DNA of 64,000 nucleotides from Escherichia coli (GTDB lineage Bacteria; Pseudomonadota; Gammaproteobacteria; Enterobacterales; Enterobacteriaceae): NCBI RefSeq assembly GCF_048403405.1, contig NZ_CP183129.1; one strand, 5' to 3'. Shown piece by piece: positions 1 to 10,621 of this stretch (position 1 is its first letter; each line of letters starts with the position of its first letter). The notes under the pieces were generated by a model. It saw only the letters and a program-made list of their open reading frames with translations, ran no database searches and was not told where the DNA came from. The position numbers and the translations under genes were made by a program.

Positions 1-1009
1 CGGTGACGGACAGTCCCGGGCGAAGAAGTTGCTTTAATTCCTTTGCGTCGTCAAATGCAATCCGTACCGGGACACGCTGAACAATTTTGGTGAAATTGCC
101 AGTGGCATTTTCTATCGGAATCAAGCTGAAACTGGCTCCTGTCGCTGGGGAAAGGCTTTCAATGTGACCGTGAAACACTTCCCCTTTGAGAATATCAGCA
201 CGGATCTCAGCCTTCATTCCTGGCTTCATTCCCGCTATTTGGTTTTCTTTATAATTTGCATCAACCCACAACTCACTGACTGGTACAAGTGAAACTAACG
301 ATGTGCCGCCTTCCACCCAACTGCCTGTATGGGCGCTGCGGTTTGCGACAATGCCATCAATCGGCGCACGAACAAGGGTATATTCCAGATCCAGTAGTGC
401 CTGAGTCAAAGCGGCCTGAACTTCTTCGATACTCGCACGTACGTTTTCTTCCTGAGCAGATAAAACTGCCAGCCGTTGCTTCTCCACCAGGAAATCGTTC
501 GCGGCTTTGCGCTCCTTTGCTGCGACCTGCTGGTAGTCAAACCTGGCGTTATCAATAATTTGTTGCGATATTGCCGCTGATTGTGCGAATTTTTCATAAC
601 GTTCAGTATCTCGCAGGCGCTTTTGCTCCTCATGTTTTACTGCCTGCCATGTTTCACTGGCACTTTGAATTATCGACTGCTGCATCGCAATAGTGGCTTG
701 AATGCTTTCGAGATTGGCTTTGCTACTTTTTATTTTTGCCTCAAGCCTGGCGACATTTGCACGATAATCCCGATCATCGAGACGCAGGATAATATCGCCT
801 TTTTTTACGCTCTGATTATCGCGCACCTCTATAGCAGAAATATAACCAGAAACTTTACTTGCCACCGTGGTGATATTACCACCAATGTAAGCATCATCCG
901 TCGTCTGTATAAATCTTCCTGTGCTTACCCACCAGATAAAAAAGACAACGCCAGCTAAAATAATACCGATCGCTACCACCCCAATAAGCTGTTTTTTAGA
1001 AATTATCAT
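1..1009 (-). CDS. Membrane fusion protein, EmrA/HlyD family (5' part only; gene runs off the window start)
   Basis: Minus-strand reading frame from ATG at 1009..1007 continuing past position 1, so absent from the ORF track (no in-window stop). N-terminal single TM helix (LIGVVAIGIILAGVVFFIWWV) then coiled-coil-rich periplasmic region typical of inner-membrane-anchored adaptors. Confidence 0.7.
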   Translation of the reverse strand, partial: MIISKKQLIGVVAIGIILAGVVFFIWWVSTGRFIQTTDDAYIGGNITTVASKVSGYISAIEVRDNQSVKKGDIILRLDDRDYRANVARLEAKIKSSKANLESIQATIAMQQSIIQSASETWQAVKHEEQKRLRDTERYEKFAQSAAISQQIIDNARFDYQQVAAKERKAANDFLVEKQRLAVLSAQEENVRASIEEVQAALTQALLDLEYTLVRAPIDGIVANRSAHTGSWVEGGTSLVSLVPVSELWVDANYKENQIAGMKPGMKAEIRADILKGEVFHGHIESLSPATGASFSLIPIENATGNFTKIVQRVPVRIAFDDAKELKQLLRPGLSVT

Positions 1010-1105
1010 CACTCTTTACACCGTATATATCCGGAAACTTGCATTCGTCATATTTAAAATTTAACATGGCTTATTTGATGATTTCTGACAAAATACCTAC
1101 TGTAA

Positions 1106-1921
1106 ATGACAATCACACTGCAACCCAAAGCATCACCAGGGCATCACATTATCGGACTGGATTCGGAACATCTGAATGGAGGCACAGTTCCCTGGCATAA
1201 ACATCTCTATGCCCAGTTGCTTTACCCGGCTGAAGGAGTCGTTCGTGTATGGGCTGGAGAAAGCGTCTGGCTAGTGCATGCCAGCAGCGCGCTTTGGCTG
1301 CCCCCACAAATGCCGCATAAGTTTGTTGCGACAGGCAACGTACTTTTAAAAACCGTACTGGTTTCAGAAGCGGAAAGTGAAACGCTGGGAAAAGTTTGCT
1401 TTATGACGGGTATTTCACCCCTGTTAAGAGAATTACTAATTGCAATTAACCAACTTCCACCGTCGCAAAGTACCACAGATAAACAACAGTTACGTTTTTC
1501 AGCCCTCGAGACACTGATACTTCAGGAAATAAAAATGGGGGTGAAAATGTCACTTGAACTCCCTTGGCCAAATGATGAGCGGCTACAGCAGCTTTGTGAG
1601 AATTTGCTAAACAACCAAGGGTATCTGCCAACACTGGATAATCTAGCGGATAAAATTAACGTCAGTAGCCGTACACTCATGCGCTTATTTGTTAAAGAGA
1701 CGGGATTAACATTTCGCCACTGGGTTCAGCAAATGCACGTTATTTCTGCAGTGACGCTTCTTGATGATGGATATTCGTTGACCAAAATTGCCCATCGTCT
1801 GGGCTATGCCTCAGCTGAATCGTTCGGCAATATGTTTAAGCGTCGAACGGGCTACTCGCCCGGTAAATTTACTCGTCGATTAACGATGCATGATTATGCA
1901 ATCACAAGACAAATGATTTAA
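1106..1921 (+). CDS. AraC/XylS-family transcriptional regulator with N-terminal cupin-like domain
   Basis: 271-aa ORF; C-terminal twin helix-turn-helix (..SSRTLMRLFVKETGLTFRHWVQQMHV.. / ..IAHRLGYASAESFGNMFKRRTGYSPGKF..). Divergent from the partial adaptor gene. Confidence 0.75.
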   Translation: MTITLQPKASPGHHIIGLDSEHLNGGTVPWHKHLYAQLLYPAEGVVRVWAGESVWLVHASSALWLPPQMPHKFVATGNVLLKTVLVSEAESETLGKVCFMTGISPLLRELLIAINQLPPSQSTTDKQQLRFSALETLILQEIKMGVKMSLELPWPNDERLQQLCENLLNNQGYLPTLDNLADKINVSSRTLMRLFVKETGLTFRHWVQQMHVISAVTLLDDGYSLTKIAHRLGYASAESFGNMFKRRTGYSPGKFTRRLTMHDYAITRQMI

Positions 1922-1991
1922 CTTATATTTTCGTGAAATCTGTCACTGAAGAAAATTGGCAACGGATGGGTAAAACCGTTATAACACTGTC

Positions 1992-2085
1992 ACCGGTCAC
2001 CAGGACCCCAGGCCGGATTTAAGACGAGGATGCACTGCTGTGTGTACTGTAGAGTCTGGCGGATGTCGACAGGCTCTATTTTTTT
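1992..2085 (+). ncRNA. mcaS: Candidate McaS (IsrA) small RNA
   Basis: Position immediately downstream of and convergent with abgR matches the K-12 mcaS location (recalled). Putative -35 TTGGCA (1956..1961) and -10 TATAAC (1980..1985), GGA-containing body, and an intrinsic terminator (stem 2051..2077, T-run 2079..2085). Ends are approximate. Confidence 0.55.
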
Positions 2086-2093
2086 ATGCAGTT

Positions 2094-3002
2094 TTAACTT
2101 TGCAGATAGCCGCATTCTCGCCGAAATTGCGTGATTAATGACGCGGTCAGTGGTGTCTGGCGACTATCACGCCGCTGAATCAAATAATAGGTCGCTTTCG
2201 GTAAAATTTCGCTAACCGGCAACATCACCAGCCCCTGTCCGTGCAAGGGATCGCAGCCCATTTCTTCAGGCAGTATGCTGAGAAAATCGCTTTTTGCCAC
2301 CAGACTGATACAGGCTGAGAACGTCTCGCAGACTACACCGACCTGTGGCGTTTGCGCCTGATCGTCAAGCAATTCACTCAACTGTTTGTAGTAGCTGCCG
2401 TGTGGCGTCGGCATTGTCCAGCTGTAGTCCAGTAACTGTTTGATCGAACGGGCACCAATGGCGGGGTGTCCCGGGCGGCAAAAGATCGCGAATTGCTTTT
2501 CCAGTAATTTCTCAAAAGTAAATTCGTGGTCGTAGGGTCCCTGATAATAGGTATTGATGGTGAAATCCAGTTCCCCCTGGCGCAATTCATTAATCATCGA
2601 TACCAGTTGCCCTTCCATAATGCGTACTTTTACCTGCGGATGCTGCTGATGAAAACGAGATATGACAGCTGGCATCAGACTGCGGGAAATACTGGCCCCC
2701 ATGCCGATATTAATTTGCCCTGCCAGTTGCCCTTGTCGTTGGCGAATATCCTCTTGCGCTGCGCGCAGCTCTTCAAGAATAAGACTGGCGTGCTGATAAA
2801 AACTTTCGCCGGCATCAGTTAACGTCACGCCTTTACTACGGCGAAAAAAGAGTTGTGCCGCCACCCCTTCTTCCAGCTCCTGAATAGATTTACTCAGTGC
2901 CGGTTGCGACATATTCAACATTCGGCTCGCTCCGCGAATGCTGCCCTGACGAGCCACTTCAACAAAAGCCCGAATTTGATGAATTTTTACCTGAAAAGCC
3001 AT
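2094..3002 (-). CDS. abgR: LysR-family regulator AbgR
   Basis: 302-aa ORF with N-terminal LysR HTH, divergent from abgA; synteny with abgABT. Confidence 0.9.
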   Translation of the reverse strand: MAFQVKIHQIRAFVEVARQGSIRGASRMLNMSQPALSKSIQELEEGVAAQLFFRRSKGVTLTDAGESFYQHASLILEELRAAQEDIRQRQGQLAGQINIGMGASISRSLMPAVISRFHQQHPQVKVRIMEGQLVSMINELRQGELDFTINTYYQGPYDHEFTFEKLLEKQFAIFCRPGHPAIGARSIKQLLDYSWTMPTPHGSYYKQLSELLDDQAQTPQVGVVCETFSACISLVAKSDFLSILPEEMGCDPLHGQGLVMLPVSEILPKATYYLIQRRDSRQTPLTASLITQFRRECGYLQS

Positions 3003-3177
3003 GACGCCACCGATAACCGTTATTTATCAGACCAAAGAAACTGGCATCTACTTTAATGCAGATGATTGTGTCAGGGTAATTTATGAACGGTTAAAACTGT
3101 GAAAAATCAGTTAGTGATAAGTAAAAACTATCGCTACGTGAACCGGGTCACACTTTTTACTGATGACGGGAAAGGTT

Positions 3178-4488
3178 ATGGAGTCTTTGAATCAATTTAT
3201 TAATTCGCTTGCCCCAAAATTATCGCACTGGCGACGTGATTTTCACCACTATGCAGAGTCTGGCTGGGTGGAATTCCGCACTGCCACCCTTGTTGCGGAA
3301 GAATTGCACCAGCTCGGTTATTCACTGGCGCTGGGCCGCGAAGTAGTTAATGAAAGTAGCCGGATGGGATTACCTGATGAATTCACTCTACAACGCGAAT
3401 TCGAGCGCGCTCGTCAACAGGGTGCGCTAGAACAATGGATTGCGGCTTTTGAAGGCGGTTTCACTGGCATCGTCGCTACCCTGGATACCGGTCGCCCCGG
3501 TCCGGTGATGGCTTTCCGTGTCGATATGGACGCGCTGGATCTCAGTGAAGAACGGGATGTCAGCCATCGCCCCTATCGCGACGGTTTTGCGTCATGTAAC
3601 GCCGGAATGATGCATGCCTGTGGTCATGATGGACATACCGCCATTGGGCTTGGGCTGGCGCATACCCTTAAACAGTTCGAGTCCGGACTACATGGCGTCA
3701 TCAAACTGATTTTTCAACCTGCAGAAGAAGGTACGCGTGGCGCGCGGGCGATGGTCGATGCAGGAGTAGTGGATGATGTTGATTATTTTACTGCTGTGCA
3801 CATTGGCACTGGTGTACCTGCGGGCACAGTAGTGTGCGGCAGTGATAATTTTATGGCAACCACCAAATTTGACGCGCACTTCACCGGGACCGCCGCTCAC
3901 GCAGGCGCAAAACCAGAAGACGGTCACAATGCCTTGTTGGCGGCAGCACAAGCAACTCTTGCACTGCATGCAATCGCCCCGCACAGCGAAGGCGCTTCCA
4001 GAGTAAACGTGGGCGTTATGCAGGCAGGAAGCGGTCGTAATGTTGTTCCCGCCTCAGCGTTGCTGAAAGTGGAAACACGCGGGGCCAGCGACGTCATTAA
4101 TCAATATGTTTTTGAACGTGCACAACAAGCGATTCAGGGCGCAGCAACCATGTATGGTGTCGGCGTTGAAACTCGTCTGATGGGTGCAGCTACCGCCAGT
4201 TCTCCTTCGCCGCAATGGGTCGCATGGTTGCAAAGTCAGGCAGCTCAGGTCGCGGGGGTCAATCAAGCCATTGAACGTGTTGAAGCGCCTGCGGGTTCCG
4301 AAGATGCCACATTAATGATAGCCCGCGTGCAGCAACATCAAGGGCAAGCCTCCTATATGGTGTTTGGCACACAGCTGGCGGCAGGTCATCACAACGAAAA
4401 ATTCGATTTTGACGAGCAGGTTCTCGCTATTGCCGTCGAAACGCTGGCGCGCACCGCGCTCAATTTTCCCTGGACGCGAGGTATCTGA
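3178..4488 (+). CDS. abgA: p-Aminobenzoyl-glutamate hydrolase subunit A (M20 peptidase family)
   Basis: ORF 3163..4488; start moved to MESLNQ (3178) to give a 436-aa product as recalled for K-12; M20 metal-binding histidines/aspartates present. Confidence 0.88.
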   Translation: MESLNQFINSLAPKLSHWRRDFHHYAESGWVEFRTATLVAEELHQLGYSLALGREVVNESSRMGLPDEFTLQREFERARQQGALEQWIAAFEGGFTGIVATLDTGRPGPVMAFRVDMDALDLSEERDVSHRPYRDGFASCNAGMMHACGHDGHTAIGLGLAHTLKQFESGLHGVIKLIFQPAEEGTRGARAMVDAGVVDDVDYFTAVHIGTGVPAGTVVCGSDNFMATTKFDAHFTGTAAHAGAKPEDGHNALLAAAQATLALHAIAPHSEGASRVNVGVMQAGSGRNVVPASALLKVETRGASDVINQYVFERAQQAIQGAATMYGVGVETRLMGAATASSPSPQWVAWLQSQAAQVAGVNQAIERVEAPAGSEDATLMIARVQQHQGQASYMVFGTQLAAGHHNEKFDFDEQVLAIAVETLARTALNFPWTRGI

Positions 4489-5933
4489 TGCAGGAAATCT
4501 ATCGTTTTATCGACGATGCGATTGAAGCCGATCGCCAACGTTATACCGATATTGCCGATCAAATCTGGGATCATCCAGAAACACGTTTTGAAGAGTTCTG
4601 GTCAGCGGAGCATCTGGCTTCGGCGCTGGAGTCTGCAGGCTTCACCGTTACCCGCAACGTAGGCAATATCCCAAATGCCTTTATTGCTTCGTTTGGTCAA
4701 GGCAAACCGGTTATCTCCCTGCTGGGGGAATATGACGCCCTGGCAGGTTTAAGTCAGCAAGCAGGTTGCGCGCAACCTACATCCGCGACGCCCGGTGAAA
4801 ATGGTCACGGTTGCGGACACAATTTGCTGGGAACCGCCGCCTTTGCCGCAGCAATAGCCGTCAAGAAATGGCTGGAACAATATGGGCAATGCGGCACGGT
4901 GCGCTTTTATGGTTGTCCTGGCGAAGAAGGCGGCTCGGGTAAAACGTTCATGGTCCGCGAGGGGGTATTTGATGATGTGGATGCGGCACTCACCTGGCAC
5001 CCGGAAGCCTTTGCCGGTATGTTCAATACCCGCACGCTGGCAAACATTCAGGCATCATGGCGCTTTAAAGGGATCGCAGCACATGCCGCGAATTCCCCTC
5101 ATTTGGGACGCAGCGCCCTTGATGCCGTAACGTTGATGACCACTGGCACCAACTTCCTCAACGAACATATTATTGAAAAAGCGCGCGTACACTATGCCAT
5201 CACAGATAGCGGCGGGATCTCGCCCAACGTGGTCCAGGCGCAGGCAGAAGTGCTTTATCTTATCCGCGCCCCCGAAATGACCGATGTGCAGCATATTTAT
5301 GATCGGGTCGCCAAAATCGCCGAAGGTGCGGCATTGATGACCGAAACCACGGTTGAATGCCGCTTCGACAAAGCCTGTTCCAGTTATCTCCCGAATCGCA
5401 CCTTAGAAAATGCCATGTACCGAGCCCTATCCCATTTTGGTACCCCGGAATGGAACTGCGAAGAACTGGCTTTTGCGAAACAAATTCAGGCTACGCTCAC
5501 CCCCAACGATCGGCAAAACAGTCTGAATAATATCGCTGCAACCGGTGGCGAAAACGGCAAGGCTTTTGCACTACGTCATCGTGAAACGGTACTGGCGAAT
5601 GAAGTCGCTCCATATGCCGCCACCGATAACGTGCTTGCGGCATCGACTGATGTCGGCGACGTCAGTTGGAAACTGCCTGTTGCCCAGTGTTTCAGCCCCT
5701 GCTTTGCCGTCGGTACCCCGCTACATACGTGGCAACTGGTTAGCCAGGGGCGAACATCTATTGCTCATAAAGGAATGCTGCTGGCGGCGAAAACTATGGC
5801 AGCAACCACACTTAATCTCTTCATTGATTCAGGGCTATTGCAAGAATGCCAACAAGAGCATCAGCAAGTTACGGACACGCAACCGTATCACTGCCCTATC
5901 CCGAAAAACGTGACACCGTCACCTTTAAAATAA
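4488..5933 (+). CDS. abgB: p-Aminobenzoyl-glutamate hydrolase subunit B (M20 peptidase family)
   Basis: 481-aa ORF; start overlaps the abgA stop (translational coupling). Confidence 0.9.
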   Translation: MQEIYRFIDDAIEADRQRYTDIADQIWDHPETRFEEFWSAEHLASALESAGFTVTRNVGNIPNAFIASFGQGKPVISLLGEYDALAGLSQQAGCAQPTSATPGENGHGCGHNLLGTAAFAAAIAVKKWLEQYGQCGTVRFYGCPGEEGGSGKTFMVREGVFDDVDAALTWHPEAFAGMFNTRTLANIQASWRFKGIAAHAANSPHLGRSALDAVTLMTTGTNFLNEHIIEKARVHYAITDSGGISPNVVQAQAEVLYLIRAPEMTDVQHIYDRVAKIAEGAALMTETTVECRFDKACSSYLPNRTLENAMYRALSHFGTPEWNCEELAFAKQIQATLTPNDRQNSLNNIAATGGENGKAFALRHRETVLANEVAPYAATDNVLAASTDVGDVSWKLPVAQCFSPCFAVGTPLHTWQLVSQGRTSIAHKGMLLAAKTMAATTLNLFIDSGLLQECQQEHQQVTDTQPYHCPIPKNVTPSPLK

Positions 5934-5969
5934 CAACAACAACGCAAACACAACAAACGAGGAATGCCC

Positions 5970-7496
5970 ATGAGTATGTCATCCATACCGTCGTCCTCCC
6001 AATCCGGGAAGCTCTATGGCTGGGTCGAAAGAATTGGTAACAAGGTTCCCCATCCTTTTTTGCTCTTTATCTATTTGATTATCGTACTCATGGTTACGAC
6101 GGCAATTTTGTCGGCCTTTGGCGTCAGTGCGAAAAACCCGACCGATGGTACGCCGGTGGTCGTGAAAAACCTGCTCAGTGTGGAAGGATTACACTGGTTT
6201 TTACCCAATGTTATTAAAAACTTTAGCGGTTTTGCTCCACTTGGCGCGATCCTGGCGCTGGTTTTAGGTGCCGGTCTGGCGGAGCGCGTCGGCTTACTGC
6301 CAGCGTTGATGGTTAAAATGGCATCGCATGTTAATGCCCGCTACGCCAGTTATATGGTGCTGTTTATTGCTTTTTTCAGCCACATTTCTTCCGATGCGGC
6401 GTTAGTGATCATGCCACCGATGGGTGCACTGATTTTTCTGGCGGTGGGCAGGCATCCAGTTGCAGGTTTACTGGCTGCCATTGCAGGCGTAGGTTGCGGC
6501 TTTACGGCTAATTTACTGATTGTCACAACCGACGTGTTGCTGTCGGGGATCAGCACGGAAGCGGCGGCTGCGTTCAATCCGCAAATGCACGTCAGTGTAA
6601 TTGATAACTGGTATTTTATGGCCAGCTCCGTAGTCGTACTGACGATTGTTGGCGGCCTGATAACCGACAAAATCATCGAGCCACGGTTAGGTCAATGGCA
6701 GGGAAACAGCGATGAGAAACTGCAGACATTGACCGAAAGTCAGCGTTTTGGTTTACGCATAGCAGGTGTCGTATCGCTACTTTTTATTGCTGCGATTGCG
6801 CTGATGGTGATCCCGGAAAACGGGATATTGCGCGATCCGATTAATCACACCGTGATGCCATCACCCTTTATTAAAGGTATCGTGCCACTGATCATTCTTT
6901 TTTTCTTTGTGGTCTCGCTGGCTTATGGCATCGCTACCCGCACAATTCGACGTCAGGCGGATTTACCGCAATTAATGATTGAACCGATGAAAGAGATGGC
7001 GGGATTTATCGTGATGGTTTTTCCCCTCGCCCAGTTTGTCGCCATGTTTAACTGGAGCAACATGGGGAAATTCATCGCCGTGGGGCTGACCGATATACTG
7101 GAAAGTTCAGGGCTTAGCGGCATCCCGGCGTTTGTCGGTCTGGCGTTGCTTTCCTCTTTCTTATGCATGTTTATCGCCAGCGGTTCCGCAATCTGGTCGA
7201 TTCTGGCCCCCATTTTCGTACCGATGTTTATGCTACTTGGCTTTCACCCGGCATTTGCGCAAATCCTCTTTCGTATTGCCGACTCATCCGTATTGCCTTT
7301 AGCGCCAGTATCTCCTTTTGTTCCACTGTTTCTTGGATTCCTGCAACGCTACAAACCAGACGCGAAACTGGGTACTTACTATTCGTTAGTTTTGCCCTAT
7401 CCACTTATCTTTTTGGTGGTATGGCTGCTGATGTTGCTGGCGTGGTATCTTGTCGGTCTGCCGATAGGTCCGGGGATTTACCCACGTTTGTCTTAA
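5970..7496 (+). CDS. abgT: p-Aminobenzoyl-glutamate transporter (AbgT family)
   Basis: Polytopic membrane protein; start taken at MSMSSIPSS. Confidence 0.88.
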   Translation: MSMSSIPSSSQSGKLYGWVERIGNKVPHPFLLFIYLIIVLMVTTAILSAFGVSAKNPTDGTPVVVKNLLSVEGLHWFLPNVIKNFSGFAPLGAILALVLGAGLAERVGLLPALMVKMASHVNARYASYMVLFIAFFSHISSDAALVIMPPMGALIFLAVGRHPVAGLLAAIAGVGCGFTANLLIVTTDVLLSGISTEAAAAFNPQMHVSVIDNWYFMASSVVVLTIVGGLITDKIIEPRLGQWQGNSDEKLQTLTESQRFGLRIAGVVSLLFIAAIALMVIPENGILRDPINHTVMPSPFIKGIVPLIILFFFVVSLAYGIATRTIRRQADLPQLMIEPMKEMAGFIVMVFPLAQFVAMFNWSNMGKFIAVGLTDILESSGLSGIPAFVGLALLSSFLCMFIASGSAIWSILAPIFVPMFMLLGFHPAFAQILFRIADSSVLPLAPVSPFVPLFLGFLQRYKPDAKLGTYYSLVLPYPLIFLVVWLLMLLAWYLVGLPIGPGIYPRLS

Positions 7497-7506
7497 GAGA
7501 GAACGG

Positions 7507-8022
7507 ATGCTGAGATTACTTGAAGAAAAAATTGTCACGCCACTGGGTCCACTGTGGGTGATTTGCGATGAGCAATTTCGCCTGCGGGCGGTTGAATGGG
7601 AAGAGTACAGCGAACGCATGGTGCAGCTGCTGGACATCCATTATCGCAAAGAAGGCTATGAGCGCATTTCTGCCACCAACCCAGGCGGTTTAAGCGACAA
7701 ACTTCGTGATTATTTTGCCGGTAATCTTAGCATTATTGATACGCTTCCCACTGCCACAGGGGGGACGCCATTTCAGCGCGAAGTCTGGAAAACACTACGC
7801 ACTATCCCCTGCGGGCAGGTAATGCATTACGGTCAACTGGCCGAACAATTGGGTCGCCCTGGCGCGGCGCGTGCCGTTGGTGCGGCTAACGGATCGAATC
7901 CCATCAGCATTGTTGTGCCTTGTCATCGGGTTATTGGCCGAAACGGCACCATGACCGGATATGCAGGCGGAGTTCAGCGAAAAGAGTGGTTATTGCGCCA
8001 CGAAGGTTATCTTTTGCTGTAA
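7507..8022 (+). CDS. ogt: O6-methylguanine-DNA methyltransferase
   Basis: 171-aa ORF with the active-site PCHRV motif (..[13 protein letters not shown]..). Confidence 0.92.
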   Translation: MLRLLEEKIVTPLGPLWVICDEQFRLRAVEWEEYSERMVQLLDIHYRKEGYERISATNPGGLSDKLRDYFAGNLSIIDTLPTATGGTPFQREVWKTLRTIPCGQVMHYGQLAEQLGRPGAARAVGAANGSNPISIVVPCHRVIGRNGTMTGYAGGVQRKEWLLRHEGYLLL

Positions 8023-8058
8023 ACATTAAACAATTTGTGCCAGCTTGTTCACACTTTT

Positions 8059-8080
8059 ATGTAAAGTTACCCTTAACAAC
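8059..8080 (+). terminator. Intrinsic terminator downstream of ogt
   Basis: Hairpin CCCTTAA-caac-TTAAGGG (8059..8076) followed by TTTT (8077..8080). Confidence 0.6.
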
Positions 8081-8183
8081 TTAAGGGTTTTCAAATAGAT
8101 AGACATATATTTACATCTAATATCGGAATTCTCTGCTGTTAAGGTTTGCTTAGACTTACTTGCTCCCTAAAAAGATGTTAAAA

Positions 8184-8197
8184 TTGACAAATATCAA
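8184..8197. promoter_or_regulatory. FNR box (TTGAC-N4-ATCAA) in the fnr promoter
   Basis: Sequence ttgacaaatatcaa, one mismatch from the FNR half-site consensus TTGAT-N4-ATCAA, about 20-33 bp upstream of the fnr start; consistent with known fnr autoregulation. Confidence 0.7.
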
Positions 8198-8216
8198 TTA
8201 CGGCTTGAGCAGACCT

Positions 8217-8969
8217 ATGATCCCGGAAAAGCGAATTATACGGCGCATTCAGTCTGGCGGTTGTGCTATCCATTGCCAGGATTGCAGCATCAGCCAGCTT
8301 TGCATCCCGTTCACACTCAACGAACATGAGCTTGATCAGCTTGATAATATCATTGAGCGGAAGAAGCCTATTCAGAAAGGCCAGACGCTGTTTAAGGCTG
8401 GTGATGAACTTAAATCGCTTTATGCCATCCGCTCCGGTACGATTAAAAGTTATACCATCACTGAGCAAGGCGACGAGCAAATTACTGGTTTCCATTTAGC
8501 AGGCGACCTGGTGGGGTTTGATGCCATCGGCAGCGGTCATCACCCGAGCTTCGCGCAGGCGCTGGAAACCTCGATGGTATGTGAAATCCCGTTCGAAACG
8601 CTGGACGATTTGTCCGGTAAAATGCCGAATCTGCGTCAGCAGATGATGCGTCTGATGAGCGGTGAAATCAAAGGCGATCAGGACATGATCCTGCTGTTGT
8701 CGAAGAAAAATGCCGAGGAACGTCTGGCTGCATTCATCTACAACCTGTCCCGTCGTTTTGCCCAACGCGGCTTCTCCCCTCGTGAATTCCGCCTGACGAT
8801 GACTCGTGGCGATATTGGTAACTATCTGGGCCTGACGGTAGAAACCATCAGCCGTCTGCTGGGTCGCTTCCAGAAAAGCGGTATGCTGGCAGTCAAAGGT
8901 AAATACATCACCATCGAAAATAACGATGCGCTGGCCCAGCTTGCTGGTCATACGCGTAACGTTGCCTGA
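8217..8969 (+). CDS. fnr: Fumarate/nitrate reduction regulator FNR (CRP/FNR family)
   Basis: ORF 8160..8969; start moved to MIPEKR (8217) for a 250-aa product; N-terminal Cys cluster (CAIHCQDC..C) and C-terminal HTH. Confidence 0.92.
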
Positions 8970-9120
8970 TTTTTCCGCATAACTCACTATCCTTCTGTCA
9001 TATCATTAAATTTTTCTGATTTATTGATCTGGCAGAAGGTTCATCACTGTTTCATTCACCAGATATGGGTTAATCTTTTAATTACAAACTGCGTTGACAG
9101 TTGTTGTAAGGAGACCCTGT

Positions 9121-10071
9121 ATGGCTATGTATCAGAACATGCTCGTTGTTATCGATCCTAACCAGGACGACCAACCAGCATTGCGGCGAGCTGTTTATTT
9201 ACATCAACGGATTGGTGGCAAAATTAAAGCCTTTTTGCCGATCTATGACTTCTCATACGAAATGACCACCCTGCTCTCTCCGGACGAACGTACCGCTATG
9301 CGTCAGGGCGTCATCAGCCAGCGTACAGCCTGGATCCACGAGCAGGCAAAATATTATCTCAATGCTGGCGTTCCCATTGAAATTAAAGTGGTCTGGCATA
9401 ACCGTCCTTTCGAAGCCATCATTCAGGAAGTGATCAGCGGCGGGCACGATTTGGTGCTAAAAATGGCGCACCAACATGACCGTCTGGAAGCGGTGATTTT
9501 TACGCCAACGGACTGGCATCTGTTACGCAAATGCCCAAGCCCGGTGTGGATGGTGAAAGACCAGCCGTGGCCGGAAGGGGGTAAGGCGCTGGTGGCGGTG
9601 AATCTCGCCAGTGAAGAGCCGTACCATAATGCGCTCAATGAAAAACTGGTCAAAGAGACGATCGAACTGGCGGAACAAGTCAACCATACCGAAGTTCATC
9701 TGGTTGGCGCTTATCCGGTAACGCCAATTAATATCGCGATTGAACTGCCGGAATTTGATCCGAGCGTTTATAACGATGCCATTCGTGGGCAACATTTGCT
9801 GGCAATGAAAGCCCTGCGGCAGAAATTCGGCATTAATGAAAACATGACGCACGTAGAAAAAGGTCTGCCAGAAGAGGTGATTCCTGATTTGGCGGAGCAC
9901 TTACAGGCGGGGATTGTGGTTCTGGGCACGGTAGGACGCACCGGTATTTCAGCAGCATTCCTCGGCAACACGGCAGAACAGGTGATTGATCATCTTCGCT
10001 GCGACCTGCTGGTCATTAAACCTGACCAGTATCAGACACCCGTTGAACTGGATGACGAAGAAGACGATTAA
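9121..10071 (+). CDS. uspE: Universal stress protein E (tandem Usp domains)
   Basis: ORF 9094..10071; start moved to [13 protein letters not shown] (9121) giving the recalled 316 aa. Confidence 0.9.
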   Translation: MAMYQNMLVVIDPNQDDQPALRRAVYLHQRIGGKIKAFLPIYDFSYEMTTLLSPDERTAMRQGVISQRTAWIHEQAKYYLNAGVPIEIKVVWHNRPFEAIIQEVISGGHDLVLKMAHQHDRLEAVIFTPTDWHLLRKCPSPVWMVKDQPWPEGGKALVAVNLASEEPYHNALNEKLVKETIELAEQVNHTEVHLVGAYPVTPINIAIELPEFDPSVYNDAIRGQHLLAMKALRQKFGINENMTHVEKGLPEEVIPDLAEHLQAGIVVLGTVGRTGISAAFLGNTAEQVIDHLRCDLLVIKPDQYQTPVELDDEEDD

Positions 10072-10120
10072 CGACTCTTCAATAACTGACAAGGCCCGAG
10101 TTATCGGGCCTATTTTTTAC

Positions 10121-10378
10121 TTACTGCTCTTCGCCGCCAAGGAAATAAATTCCCAACGGGATTGCCAGCAACACAGTAAAGACCAGGCTATAAACAAAAA
10201 TCATTGATGACTGAATCACATACATTGATGTCGTCCACTCAGACAGCGGAATATTGTACTGTTCTATCACGCCGCCGATGGTCGCGCGAGTCACAACCGA
10301 CGCCGCAATAATGAAAACCGCCAACAAACCAAAGAGAAATTTCTTCCCTTTCGCTGACTTCAGTTTCGCCATAATCAT
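10121..10378 (-). CDS. ynaJ: Small inner-membrane protein YnaJ
   Basis: 85-aa ORF with two predicted TM helices, divergent from ynaI as in K-12. Confidence 0.8.
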   Translation of the reverse strand: MIMAKLKSAKGKKFLFGLLAVFIIAASVVTRATIGGVIEQYNIPLSEWTTSMYVIQSSMIFVYSLVFTVLLAIPLGIYFLGGEEQ

Positions 10379-10621
10379 GATGTAATCCTTGTGCAGACAA
10401 ATTTCTTGTTACCTAAACGTAACAATACCATGACATTTCACCGTTGTCTGCTCTGAAAACCTCACCTCTTAGCTGGATTTACAATCAACGCATTGATTAG
10501 TTAGCTAATGTTGCTACTTCCTTCCCTGACTATTGATGATCTGAATGAATTGTCGCGGTAAAATAGCCCCGCCAGGGGTTTCCGGCATGACGACAATTAT
10601 CTGGAGGAGCCTGATAAAACA

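Noticed and set aside
581-958. 125-aa plus-strand ORF at the window start
   Set aside because: Antisense to the better-supported minus-strand adaptor frame, which has a TM anchor and coiled-coil architecture.
8496-8987. 163-aa minus-strand ORF across fnr
   Set aside because: Lies entirely antisense to the well-supported fnr frame and has no recognisable motifs; treated as a shadow ORF.
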